Of a stretch of DNA of 64,000 nt, positions 1 through 12,419 are shown piece by piece. Numbering within the stretch: position 1 is the first letter of the stretch; every line of letters begins with the position of its first letter. A model generated the notes under the pieces. It saw only the letters and a list, made by a program, of their open reading frames with translations. It made no database searches and was not told where the DNA came from. The position numbers and the translations under genes were made by a program. The stretch is from Octopus sinensis (taxonomy: Eukaryota), in NCBI RefSeq assembly GCF_006345805.1, contig NW_021835998.1, positions 1 through 64,000 on the forward strand, given 5' to 3'.

Positions 1-29
1 TATCTAAAACCAAATAAAGGTGTTAATTT

Positions 30-2326
30 TAGAAAGAAAGAAAGAAAAAAGTAAGCATTGGGTGGCTAAGGGAATTGTCGAGAGCCTGAGGGTCAGCTCA
101 ACGATGCCGCGCTGCGTATTGAGTGGCAGTTTCCGCGGAGCACAGCAACCGAGATTCGCTGGAACAGCCAGCTCGTCTCGCCCCGGTCGTTGTTTTGTGT
201 AGATTTTCTACCAATGGCGGTGAGGAGTTGAGTCGCAGCCTTTCCGACGATTCCAGAGGTTTCGAAGGCGAGGGGGCAAACTCAAAAGCGTCCGAAATAC
301 ACCGGTATTTCGTCATCTTTGTCTCTTCAGCCAGCGCACTGGCGGAACCCGGGTTGCGACAGTCCTGGGAAGCATTGTCGTCGAAAAAGTCGACACACGT
401 GGCATCCCAACCAGGGACTTGCCTTTCCCTAAAAGGAAAGGTCGTCATCCCGTCGGGACGCTTGCCGTCGCTCCGGGAAGGCCGACTGGCTCTAGGGTGG
501 AAGGGAAACCAGCGACTCTAGAGCCCTCCTCACAACGTCATTCAGATGAGTGTGACGGGGAATTCTCCCGGCACTCTTCTACACGACAAGGCGTGCAAGC
601 CGTTTGACGAAATTGAGGACCCGCACCGGAAGGGTGGGGCTGGCAGATGTCCAAACCCAATCGTAGCTGATCCCAATCAACAAGGATTCGTCGTCCAGTA
701 GTAACCCCGTACTAGGAGTGGGGAGAGCTTTGAGCCAGTCACCCGTGTGCGGCTGACAGGCGCAGTTAAGGGTGGCCAGCTGAGTTGGTCCGACTTGGAG
801 CGGAGTTTTCGTAATGTGTTCAAGCAGAGAATTTCGTCCCAGCCCTTTGAACTGAAGGGATCGTGGGAAAATCAAGGTCGAGTGAGCACCACATACGGCA
901 TGCAGATGAGAATTCCGAGAGCTCATTAAGTTCGAGAGAGGTAGTAGAACTGAGCAAACGGAATTCCTGGAAGCCGACATGGTGGTGAGAGATCAGGGTA
1001 GGGCCCCGCACAAGAGCGGATCCCGATCCCCCCGAAGAAGCGAGTTGGTAACTGGCACGGGTAAACCGTCACCAGTGAACCTCAAATTGAGGGGAATGTT
1101 AGCGATTGGTGGACAAGATTATCGATTCTGGATAATGAGTCTGTGGCAGCGAAACACGGGGAGGAACGGAAATATAGGTCAGTCTGGGGACGAAAAGAAA
1201 GTTCTTCAACAAGAAAAACGCAAGATGCGAGCCAAGCCCACGGATCCGATCAGTGAGTAGTTTAATTTCGTCCCATTTAGACGATAAGGCATTTTCTATG
1301 CCAACAGCGGAAATTGGAGAGCCCAAGATAACTAGATCGCTGGTGGGCGTTAGCCTTAACCCAACGATCAGGCTGCTGAGAGAGGAGAATGTGTTGCGGA
1401 GAGCGGCGGGGGCAAGAGAAATGTTTACGAGTTCGCATTTTTCGCCGTTAAGAGATAGTCCGATCTTGGAGAAACCGGAAGTGATTCTCTTAACGTCTTC
1501 CATAACGACCTCTGTAGGTCCACCAATCGTCACGTCGTCCAGGTACCAGAAGTTAACAGTGGAAGAAAGGTTCCGTGCAATGTGGTCAACAGAGAGGGCA
1601 AACAGCAATGGGCCCAGTGGGTCACCCTGCTGAATGCCGCATTCTGACATGATGATCTGATCATGGATCAGAAGGCAGCTTGGGGCAGAGTATGCCAGCT
1701 TTACAATTGGGAAGAGAACGGGGCAACGTGCCGAGACCACTTCGAGCAGATGGTCCCGGCGGACGCAGTTGAATGCGTTGCTGACGTCCAGCTTCACGAT
1801 GAACTTGCAGTCTTCTGGCTTTGACTGGACAAGTTGGCGAGTGCCGTGCGCGAGAATTTCGCAGGCACCTTGGACGCCGACACCGTACTGGAAAGGGAGA
1901 AACTCCAGACTCGGAGGGGGGAACCACCCTGCGGGACATTATCTTGGCCGAGAGTCTCCTGAAAACGTTACCGACCGCAATGGGCCTCACGCCACCATCG
2001 GCTTTCGACAGGGCAATGAGGCCAGCAGAGAAAGAAGATCTCTGGCGACGGTTGGAATCTCGCCCGAGACAATGTGCGAACAAAGACGAGTGACAGAAGA
2101 TAGCAGGTCTTTTCCGGATTCGTGGGTCAATGGGCTCAGGAGATCGCGTAGGTGGATGGCCTTTACACCGTCTATCCCGCCGCTGCTACTGGGCGCAAAA
2201 GACCCGAGAGCGGCCGAAACCTCAGACGAGGTTATCGGGTTGGACGGAGCCGAAACTAACGTCGGTGTTGCACGGAGGTCGGTGGGAGCTTGGGGGTGTT
2301 TGCGAGTACTGGCATCCGATTCCAAA
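30..2326 (-). mobile_element. CRE-clade non-LTR retrotransposon (RT + restriction-like endonuclease), 5'-truncated and frameshifted
   Basis: Minus-strand ORF pieces carry KHPQAP, GGIDG, DGGVRPIAVG, KLDVSNAFN, GIQQGDPLGPLLF, WYLDDVTIGG and REL-region WDATCVD...FEFAP; visibly GC-richer than host DNA. Confidence 0.9.
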
Positions 2327-2499
2327 TATCTAAAATATATTTAAAGTTCTAATAATTTGGTCAAAGTAGTGAAGAATATTAAAAGCAAGAAAACTCACAC
2401 AACTTAAAAACAGGTGTAAGTAATTTCCCCTCTCTTGTTTATGGAAAATGTTGAGACTTTTAAAAAATTTGGAAAAACCAATAAGAATGAATAGATCAT

Positions 2500-3400
2500 A
2501 CTCAAATCAAACCTCAACAGACTAATGAAACACTATTGCTAAATCAGTCACATTCCACACAAAAATCAAAATCGCACCGATATCAAAGATTAAAACAAAA
2601 AGACAAACTCCTGCTTTCCATATACATCCTAATGAACTCTCCGACGTGATCATACGACTAAAAAATAAAAATTCATGCGAACCTGACAAAATCCCCACTA
2701 TTCTAATGAAACTTTTTTTACTGTGGCCATTATACCGCTGACAATAATATAAAACTATTCTATCAACTAAAATACCATTCCAATAACATGGAAAATGTCA
2801 CAGATCCACTTAATTCTGAATCCCGGAAAGCCTAAGGACAATCCTGCCTCACATAGACCCATCTCTTTATTATGCGTCCCATCCAGAATTCTGGAGAAAC
2901 AAATAATAAAACTGATCCAATCATCTCTCCCACTTTTACCGTTTCGACATGGTTTTAAGAAAGGACTACGTACATCCTCATAACAGAAAAAACTTTAACT
3001 TTATCCACGATGGCATTAAAACCAAGCCTATCCAGAAAAAAACTCTTAGGTCAGTAGACATACCAAATGCGTTTGATTCAGTCCCCAGAAAGGAACTTTA
3101 TCCGCAAGATTTTTACTTCAGATATTCAACCAAACCTCAAAATATAGCTAGCAAACTTTTTTAGTGGACGTTGAGGCCTTTGGCTGAACAAACTCTGTTT
3201 CTAAACTGTTACCAAATGGTTTCCCTCAAGGTTCATCACTATCTCAATTCTTTTCAATCTTTATATGAGCGACATTCCAATTCTTACTCACCAGGATGAC
3301 ATCTCACTCTCTTAGCTGATAATATCATCATAGGAAATCTACTCACAGCAATCCAAAGACTTCAGGGAAATATTATAAACAGTCCAGAAGTCCAGAGGAC
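2500..3400 (+). mobile_element. Degenerate APE-type (Jockey/I-like) LINE RT fragment
   Basis: PGKPKDNPASHRPISLLCVPSRILEK, DIPNAFDSVP, PNGFPQGSSLS; same family as 38.2-39.5, 46.6-47.4 and 60.4-63.1 kb. Confidence 0.7.
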
Positions 3401-3519
3401 ATAACATCCATCTCATTTCAACTTCGTTGAAATTTAAGGCTAACATATCGGCCTGCATGTCTTGTCCCTCGGATTTCCCTAGTTGGTTAGGTGTCCCAGG
3501 GAAGGCCTAAACGAAGAGT

Positions 3520-4890
3520 CAGAAACACCAGCCCCACGTCCTACAAAACGACGAGACTATTGACCGCGACGCTATACGCCTACGTGAACATGTAAACGCC
3601 CAACTATTTGAAGGTAATGTCGCTGGCGCTGTGCGAGTACTGGCATCCGATTCCAAAACCCTCGAAATAACCTCCGAACTCCTTACAGAACTCAAAGCGT
3701 AGGACCTCAATTCATTGGTTGACCAACGCCCCCTCATCACCCGTTCCGATCTTCCAATCTTGCTTGCCTCATAAAAGGAAGTACTTGATGCAATCAATTT
3801 TTTTCCAACCGGTAGCTGTGGCGGTATAGACGGTCTCCGACCCGGACACGTAAAGACATGTTCTCTCCACAAACCTTTGAAGCTGCTCATCGCCTCCTAT
3901 TTTCTCTAACGGCTCTTACGAACCGTATTTTGAACGGAGAGATCTCCGAGTATGCCCGTGACTTATTTTTTGCCGCCAATCTCACCGCCTTCAGAAAAAA
4001 AAGAAAGCGGTGTTCGTCCCATCGCTGTGGATTGGCTCTTCCGCCGACTGACGTCAAAAGTATCATGAAGACAAGCCATTAAGTTGCTGGGACCCGAATT
4101 ACGCCCAATACAACTCGGCGTAAGGGGTTGGGGAGGCTGCGAAGCAGCAGTCCACGCCACAAGAAAACTTGTTCTTTCTTTACTAGATCATCAAGACAAG
4201 CCCTGTCTTCTTATCAAGATAGACTTGGCTAATGCTTTTAAATTTGTACGTCGTGACACTTTCTTCGAATTTGTTACCCCTCGCTGCCCAGCAATCTCCC
4301 GCCTCATCGCCTTGGCCTACAACCAGCCCAGCCTCTTCATTGCCGGCAATCAGACAGACAACCCCGTCCAGCAATGGAGTACAGCAAGGTGACCCTCTGG
4401 ACCCTCTCCTTTTCCTCTTGGCTGTTGATAACGTCTCATCCTATTTTAACGTCTGATATTTGGACGACGCCACCCTAAGTGACTCATTTAAATCTGTCCT
4501 TGACAATTTGAGAATCCTAATTCCCTCCTTCCACACCATCGGTCTCGGAGTAAATTTCAACAAATTTGAAATCATGAGTATCAGTTACGACCCACACCAT
4601 TTTCCCGATATTCTCCGTTCCTTTAACTCGCTTCTATTCAACACTCAAGTCACCACGCCGTCGAATTTCAGGATTTTATGCTCCCTTATATTTAACACGG
4701 GAGTAGACCAAACCCTGTCCGAAAAAATTCCGACCTCATGCCCATTTATAGTAAACTCACGGCAACCAATTTCCACGCCGCCCTATTTCAATTGAAAAAC
4801 TGCTTCGCAATCCCTAAGTTACTATTAACCCTAAGAAGTACTCCTTGCTTCGTAAATCACGTGGGCCTTTTACCTTCATATATGCCGTGG
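3520..4890 (+). mobile_element. CRE-clade retrotransposon fragment (pre-RT region and RT), decayed
   Basis: EGNVAGAVRVLASD, GSCGGIDGLRPGH, FFAANLTAF, KIDLANAF, GVQQGDPLDPLLF, LDDATL spread across frameshifts. Confidence 0.85.
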
Positions 4891-5102
4891 AGGACGGACA
4901 AAAAATATCTTCTATCAACAGACGTTAGAATAGGGTTACATCAAACCAGGTCGTTCAATATATCTACATTAACTTATAGTTTTTTTATGAAACAGGCCCT
5001 CCGCAGGAGCTAGGTCACGGTCCTCGAAGCGAGCTGCCGAGCTCGTTGTACAATAAAAATATATTATTAAAAATATTAGACGACAAAAATATAATTATTT
5101 TC

Positions 5103-5839
5103 TCAAAATTTCATTTTATTTGCGGTAAATCTCTTCTCATACTCGGGGTATCCCTTCACACGACGAAAGCCATCCTCAGAGAGAGGATTATCGCCAATAA
5201 GAATAGTATGCACAGATGACTTCTCCAACATGTCCACCGAAAATGACTTGTTTGTTAGTCTATTGGACTCCAACCGAAGAATCTTGACTTTGCATTTCTC
5301 GGAGACTCCCCATCCAATCTCGCTAATTAAATTATGATCCGCCTTCACCTCCAATGCCTGAACACAACTCAAATCCCCAATCTTTAATTTTTGTGGTAAA
5401 AATCAACCTTTTTAACCACATTTCTAGAAATGTCAAGAAATTCGAGAGACTCAACTTCGTTTAAGACTTGAGGAATGTCTTCGAACTGATTGTTGGAGAG
5501 ATCCACAGAAATTAATTGTTTTAACCCCGTAAACGTGGATGGAAGTTGACAAATTCGATTTTGTCTCAGAGATAAGTATGTAAGACAAGTCAAAGATCCG
5601 ATTTCTTGAGGAAGATCCGTCAAAGCGCAGTTATTTAGGTGGAGAATTGTCAATTTCTTCAGAGAACTGATTTGGGTTGGAATTGAATAAAGTTTGTTGT
5701 CTGAAAGGTCAAGGTTTCGTATATAATTTTCCTTGTTTTCGATTAAGTTAGTGGGGAAGCGTTTTAAATTTGTTTTTGATAGATTTAGTTGACCACTAAG
5801 AGTTACATTGGGGACGCTTTTGTTGGAAGTGTTTCCCAT
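5103..5839 (-). CDS. LRRC57: Leucine-rich repeat protein 57 ortholog, 2 coding exons
   Basis: MGNT start, LxxLxLxxN repeats, C-terminus VKGYPEYEKRFTANKMKF matches the LRRC57 tail; 26-nt GT-AG intron 5382-5407 joins the two ORFs in frame (VVKK|IGDLSCVQ). Confidence 0.85.
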
Positions 5840-6176
5840 TAATCTAAAATTTGTTTTAGATTCTTTGTTATTGATTATGCCTTTGCAATATTTCTCCCAC
5901 CAGGAAGTCATCGATAGAAATTCTATTCAATTATTTTTTAATAATTAAAAATAATGAGATTAGATAAAACCAAAGCTTTGAAAAAGATACATATGTAAAC
6001 AAAAAAAATTAAAAAAGAATTAAAGTAAATTACTTAAATTTCCAAGAAAAGAGAGAAAATAGAACACCTTAGTTTAATAATATTAATTGTTTTTAGAACT
6101 GTAATTAATCTAATTATGTGGCTAACCTTAATAACAAATATAAATACATTCAATAAAGAGTAATACGTGTCTGCAC

Positions 6177-8770
6177 ATGCGGTCACTCTTTTTTGTGTCG
6201 TCAAGTCTCTTCTTCATTATTCTCGTCTTCGGTGAATAAACTTAATAAATATTTAAATTTATTCAGAAGTAGGATTAGGCAGACAGGAAGAATCCAAGTC
6301 GATCGAGAGACCAATCCCTCCTCCATCTACTGGAACAATGAGCGAACCAAGGTTTGATTTCTTCAGGTAATAGTCAAAGTACTAATTACGATCTTGGAAG
6401 TCTTGCTGACCTGAGCAAGTCAGGCCAGTCGATGCAGTTTGATGCCCACGTGGAACGAATAATGTATTTGATTATCAATTCACTATATCGCAACAAAGAG
6501 GCAAATTTGTGGAAATTAGACATTTAGGTCTTCTTCAGAGAACTAATCTCTAATGCTTCTGATGCCCTGGACAAGATCAGATTTCTCTCTTTGAAAGAAC
6601 CACAAGTGCTTGAGGGAAACACTGAAATGGCAATTTACATCAAAGTTTTCCCCGCTATAATAATAAAATAGGCCGATCCCGAGGCTGGAACTTTGGAAAT
6701 AAGAGATACAGGAATTGGGATGACTAAGGAAGATCTCATAAAACATTTGGGAACCATTGCCGACTCTGGAACTTCAGAGTTTTTCAAAAAATTTGAAAAT
6801 TCTGACACTGAGGGCCAAAATGACTTAATTGGAAAATTTGGGGTCGGATTTTATTCTTCTTTCCTTGTTTCTGAGAAAGTGGCGGTCATCTCGAAACACA
6901 ACGACGACCAACAGTACATTTGGACTTCTGACGCCTCCTCATACACCGTGGTCCCGGATCCGAGTGGGAATACTTTGGGACGAGGAACTAAAATTATTCT
7001 ATTTCTCCGTGAGGAAAGTCGTGAGTTCCTTGAAGTCTTCAAATTGGATTCGATGTGTAGAAAGTTCTCTCAATTCTTGTCTTTTCCAATATATTTACGC
7101 GACAAAAAAAACGTGTACGATTCGGATGAGTCTGAAAACAAGGAACCGAGGACCGAGGAATATTGGAAACATGTCAACACGGTCAAACCTCTTTGGCAAA
7201 GAAAGTTTGTCCCTCACAAATTATTCAAGTCCGAGTGAAGTAGAGGAGAGTGAATACAACGAATTCTACCAGCATTTGACAAAAGATAGCAGCCCTGTCA
7301 TGTTCTACAGTCACTTTAAGGCAGAGGGGGATGTCAGCTTTTCGGCAATGATCTTTGTCCCTTCCAAGCTTGTGCTTGAAAACTTGCCAAAGAACAATGT
7401 TAGAGTTTGTACATTTGGTGGTTGATCTTAAGTTATATGTTCGCCGTGTTTTTATTTCAGACATTTTCAATGATAATGAGTTTATGCCTTCATATTTGCG
7501 TTTTCTTGTCATTTTGATCGATTCTGACGATCTCCCACTCAACGTCTCTCGTGATCAATTGCAGGAGAGCAACTTGCTCAAAATAATCCGAAAGAAAATA
7601 ATCAGAAAATTTATTGAAACTGTTTCCAAACTCCCAGAAGAAAAAAGACAGGAGTTTTGGAAGGAATACGGAATTCAGTAGCTTTTGTTGTTTTTTATTT
7701 CAGAATTAAAATGGGAATTAATGAAGACACTGGAAACAGAAATCGGCTTGCAAAAATAACTCATTTCTACTCTTCAAACTCGAACGAGACGATGACAACC
7801 CTGGATGACTATGTGGACAGAATGGATCCGAAACAACCCGCAATTTACTACATTGGCGGAGATTCCCTCCAAACTGTCCAAAAGTCCCCATTCGTGGAAC
7901 GACTTATGCGGAGGAATTATGAGATACTATATTTGTTGGATCCCGTGGATGAATACGCAGTAGGACATTTGACGGAACACAAGGGAAAAAGATTCCAGAA
8001 TATTGCTAAAGGAGATATTGAGATATCTGAGTCGGATCAAGTCGCCGAGCGCAGAGCACAGTTGGAAGTCGAGTATAAGGAATTTGGAGACAGAATTAAG
8101 TCAATTCTTAACGTCTTGATTTCCAAAGTGAAATTGTCACACCGATTGGTCAATACGTCGTGTGTGGTTGTAGCTGACACGGACGGACTGACTGGAAATA
8201 TGGAGAGGATAATGACGGCACAGACCGCTCACAGGGCTCAGGATCCAACTGCCAGGTGAGAGACTAGGATTGAGGATTGGTAGATATTATATGCAAATGA
8301 AAAAGATTTTGGAAATAAATCCATATAGCTCACTTGTCAAGAAGTTGAAGAGTGACTTTGATGTACTTGGTGTTGATAATTTGTAGGTTCATGGTGGTAA
8401 TGATACCGAGTGGGTGGACACTCTAAAGTTTTTTTATCAGATCTGCATGATGAGGTCTCAATATACCCCGCGTGATTCGATTGGATTCGCTAATCGTGCC
8501 GAAAAACATTTGAAAAATAGTTTGCAAGTGAATGATGAGGATTTTTCCAATGAAGTATTTTTCAAGTATTTTAGTGTGTTTTAGTTGTTTTTAATTGATG
8601 ACGATATCGAAAATTCAGTAGATGTTACATCGGAGGGGGATACGTCTAATAAGATTTTTGAACCATCAATGGCTGACAGCTTGCCTCAACCAGAGGACGC
8701 TGACATAACTGCTGATCCTGTTACTGAGGTTTTCTGTATTAATCTGATTTAGGCTAATCAGGAATTATAA
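6177..8770 (+). CDS. HSP90B1: Endoplasmin / GRP94 (ER Hsp90), multi-exon
   Basis: Hydrophobic signal peptide, [52 protein letters not shown]; C-terminal ANQEL after a 24-nt intron (8729-8752). Confidence 0.95.
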
Positions 8771-9141
8771 AGTTTAGTTATTTAATTCTTTGTTCGGGTG
8801 TTTTTTTCTTTGCCTTTTACCTATAATGTGTTAATTCGTTTTAAGAGAAATTACTGATATTATTTTGTTCTATATTTTTAGGACTGTATTTTCCCGGTTA
8901 TTTTATGTTTACTAATATTTTATTAATTAAAGGATGTTGTTATAGTTGAAATAATTTTTCCAAAAATCTTTTGAAAACAGTTTCACAGCGGTCTTTCTAT
9001 AATTATCTGTTTACACCTCGAAGGTTTACTGAGAAGAAAATGTATGGAATTCTTTTTGAAGGCTCTGTATTTAGTTTTTTTTAAAAAACGAAAATAATTT
9101 AACTGAATGCGATCGAAACAAAAAATTATGCGATCCAAATA

Positions 9142-10301
9142 CAGTATAACCTCCATTTGGGGCATCAATTTTGAAAAATTGCCCCAAAAATAAAGGTTTC
9201 CCCAAAAATGGAGGTCTGAAATTTTCTTTATTTTTATAAAAATTTTAATAGTTTTAGCATATTTTTCATTAATTTATAAATAAATAAAGTATTTTTAAGA
9301 ACATTTAAACATGTTTTCCACTAATTTTATTGATAATTAGAGTATTTTTTCATACAACGTGGGGATTTATATTTTCCTACTAACAATGGCTTCAATTTTT
9401 CGCCACAAGCACTGACCGACAAAAGAATAGTGAATTTTTCTTTACTCCTTTTAATTCCGAAACAATCTTCATCCGAACTTACAAATGATTTTGAAGGTAT
9501 CCTTTTAATATATAACCCAGTTTCGTCGCAATTAAAAATATTTTGAAGACCATATTCTTTTACGTATTCATCATACTTGGAAAAAAACATATCAAGCGAA
9601 GAAACATCGGAAGAGTTTTTCTCTCCACTAATTGTCTTAAATGACAACATATGTCTTTTCTTAAATTTTTCCAACCAGCCATTGGACCCTTTGAACGCCG
9701 AATAATTCAACATCCTTGCTACTTTGGAAGCAATATTTTTAAAAGAGGACCGGACACAGGAATAAATTCTTCCCTTGTCTTGGTGAAAGCCTCAAAAACA
9801 ATTTTATCCAATTTTTGGGATAAAGTATGAGGAGAGCGTTGAATATTTCTGGGAAAATCTGTTTGAACAGCCCCAGTATTAAAAAAATTGAGATAATTTT
9901 TTTTAATACGTGACACAGCGCCTAAAAACTTACATTAATAAAAAACCTTTACTAATTTTGTACTTATCTACAATATCTCGTTCAGTAAGATGTTTATTTT
10001 CACTTAATTCCTTGGCAATTTTGATCTTTAACTCAAGACTAAGCTTACGAGCCATAACAACAAGAATACAAAAATTACACGAGGCTTCCAAATGAAATTT
10101 TATATAATTAATTTTAATTTTAATAGCAAATATGTATATAAATTAAAAATCCTGTGCCCCACTTAGAGGTTCCGGTAATTTCTAAATTTGGAAATTACCG
10201 CATAAAAATTATATCCTTTTCAAACTACCCCAAAAATAGAGGTTTCCCCAAAAATAGAGGTTCCCCAAGCCAGAGGTCTGCCCCAAATGGAGGTTATACT
10301 G
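9142..10301 (-). mobile_element. Tigger/pogo-type DNA transposon, internally deleted
   Basis: Perfect 23-bp TIRs (cagtataacctccatttggggca, 9142-9164 and 10279-10301), TA TSD on both sides, subterminal ccccaaaaat(a/g)gagg repeats; transposase pieces PVSGPLLK, SNGWLEKFKKRH, FNCDETGL. Confidence 0.92.
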
Positions 10302-10689
10302 TAATCAAGCTTCTACACAAGATAAATCTTCTAAACTAGATAGATTAGTTTTTGAAACTTCTACGTTTGAGAGATGAAATTCTTTTAATTTCTGGAACCA
10401 TATTGAAAAACTCTTATTTGAAGCGGGTATAAAACCCTACGGGCAGGGCCAGCCTTCCGTCAGTCCGAAACATCGCAAACTTAATTCACAGCGTCTCAAA
10501 CCATCATCAGCTAGACATCGACTCGAAAAGAAGGAAATGCGCTCAAATTCTCAGGAGCATAATTCACTTCCACCTTTGTCCGGAAACGAAATGTACCCGT
10601 CGAAGACATTTGCTCGGGCTCGAAGAGGAGGAGAATCGACTGAAAGCAGACGCAATAACTAAAAATCAATTTTATCTGGACTTTTCAAA

Positions 10690-10797
10690 TAATTATATTG
10701 TCTGTTGTATATAAAATTTTTAAGGGAGTCGATTAAATATTAGGGGGGTCAAAAAAAATCAAGGGGTCGACGAGTAAAAAAAGGTTAAGAACCCCTG
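10690..10797. mobile_element. Isolated hAT (Charlie-like) right end
   Basis: Ends aaaaaggttaagaacccctg, the reverse complement of a caggggttcttaacc-type hAT terminus; matching left end not found. Confidence 0.5.
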
Positions 10798-11049
10798 ATT
10801 TAAAGCATCAAACAGATGGCTCGACCGGTTCAAGAAAAGGCACGAGTTTTAAAATTCTACTAAGAATTATACTTATACCATTGAACGATTACATAGTATG
10901 TCACCGTCCAGACCAGCCGGGGCGCCAGATCGTTGAATCATATTCTCTTCCTTTGAATTTTCATGCTGGAAAATTAAACAATTATATCTCGTTGCAATAT
11001 TCATTTGATAGACAAAACGGCCTCGGTGTCTGCTTCCTTTATCAGATTT

Positions 11050-12200
11050 TAATTTTGAAAAATACTTAAACACTTATAAAAGGATTAAAACAATTATTAA
11101 CACGATAGAACACTGATTGACAGCGAGTTTAGAAAAATTTACATAGCATTAATCATTTATTTAAGTTTTTTATTCTTGCGTCGCACGACCTGTGAGGAAT
11201 AGGTTAAATCCGTTCTTTCCCATGTGTCGAAAAGAGCTTCCAGGATACCCAGGAATGGGTGGCCTACCCTGCTTCAGTGCATCGATCGACGCCTTAGCTT
11301 GAACCTATCGTTGAATTCACTGAAGAAGCTGACCAAAATCCCTCCTCCTGGCTCACAGGGGAGGACTGGCGCTGTGGTTAAGCCGTCAGGATACCCTCCG
11401 TGTTCCGAAAAACACGAGCACTAGGATAGCGAGTTATCGCTTTGACAACCCGCAAATTGACATATCGTCGTCATCAACGTGGCTGAAATATGGGAATGAC
11501 TCTCCCCGATCAGACAGGTTATTCTCACAACGGAAACAGTGTAATAACTGTAAAAGTAAGGCGATGACCGTTGATCATTTAGCCACGAAGTGCGGAGTAT
11601 GCTTTACCATAATTACACATGGAGGCATAACGAGATGGTGAAGTCCCTCCATCTTTTGCTCTGCAATAAGTAAGTCTTGAGACGGTCCAGAAAGTTGCAA
11701 AACCATCGAGTTCAATCGGTGTGTGAGAACTCAAAGGTGTGCATTAAAGTGGATACCCACATACGCACCTCGATTGTTGTCCAGCACAAACCGGATATTG
11801 TTGTCCACAATAAGGTCACCGGGGAGATTGTTATCGTGGATGTGGACATCACGTGCCTAGACAGTTTGCAGAAAGTGTAAGTGGAAATAGGAGGAAGTAT
11901 GATTTCCTTGCAAACGAGCAAGGGATAATGCATCAGTTCAAAGTCAATGTCATTCCGTGTGTGATGCCATGGGATGGACTGGTCACCAAATACCACAAGA
12001 GGTACTTAAGACTGCTGGGTGTAGACAAGTCTCTACAGGGTAATATGCAGTCAACTGTTCTTGAGAGGACTCTGGAGAGTGTCTCGTTTGATCCTTCCCT
12101 GACATTTACTCAGCACTTTCTCAAAGGTCTACAGTGCCAGAGAAGAAAAGGTGCGTGGAGTGCCATTCTCTGTTCACTTCTAAGGCTCTGCACTTAGGCA
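11050..12200 (+). mobile_element. R4-like RT-REL retrotransposon, internally deleted (leader joined to zinc knuckle and REL)
   Basis: CNNCKSKAMTVDHLATKC, WRHNEMV, HKPDIVVHNK, IPCVMPWDGLVTKYHK; leader homologous to 36.1-36.4 kb. Confidence 0.8.
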
Positions 12201-12419
12201 ATTAATTAGTTTTTTTATCCATAAAGTTTAGTTTACCTGACCATGAATCCATGGTGTTTTAGGGCTTCCGCATATGTGTATGATTTTTAAGTAATTACAC
12301 ATTGTTTCCATACATTTATTCTTAAATTCTTTTACATTATCCTTCTGTAGAATTAACGGTTCTGATAATTTTTTGTATCTTTTTTTAGATTTCTCCAAAA
12401 TTATTTATTTTTTAAATAA

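Noticed and set aside
123-2344. Long antisense ORFs over CRE elements (also 54179-54583 and 49791-50378)
   Set aside because: Expected shadow ORFs in GC-richer coding DNA; no recognisable motifs
3440-3520. Nested stems (ggcct/aggcc, ttccct/agggaa) as an HDV-like ribozyme
   Set aside because: P3-P1'-P1.1-P4-J4/2 order could not be satisfied; single copy
5000-5050. cgagct-gccg-agctcg hairpin near a CTAG as a Helitron 3' end
   Set aside because: 16-nt spacer, no T after CTAG and no matching 5' end
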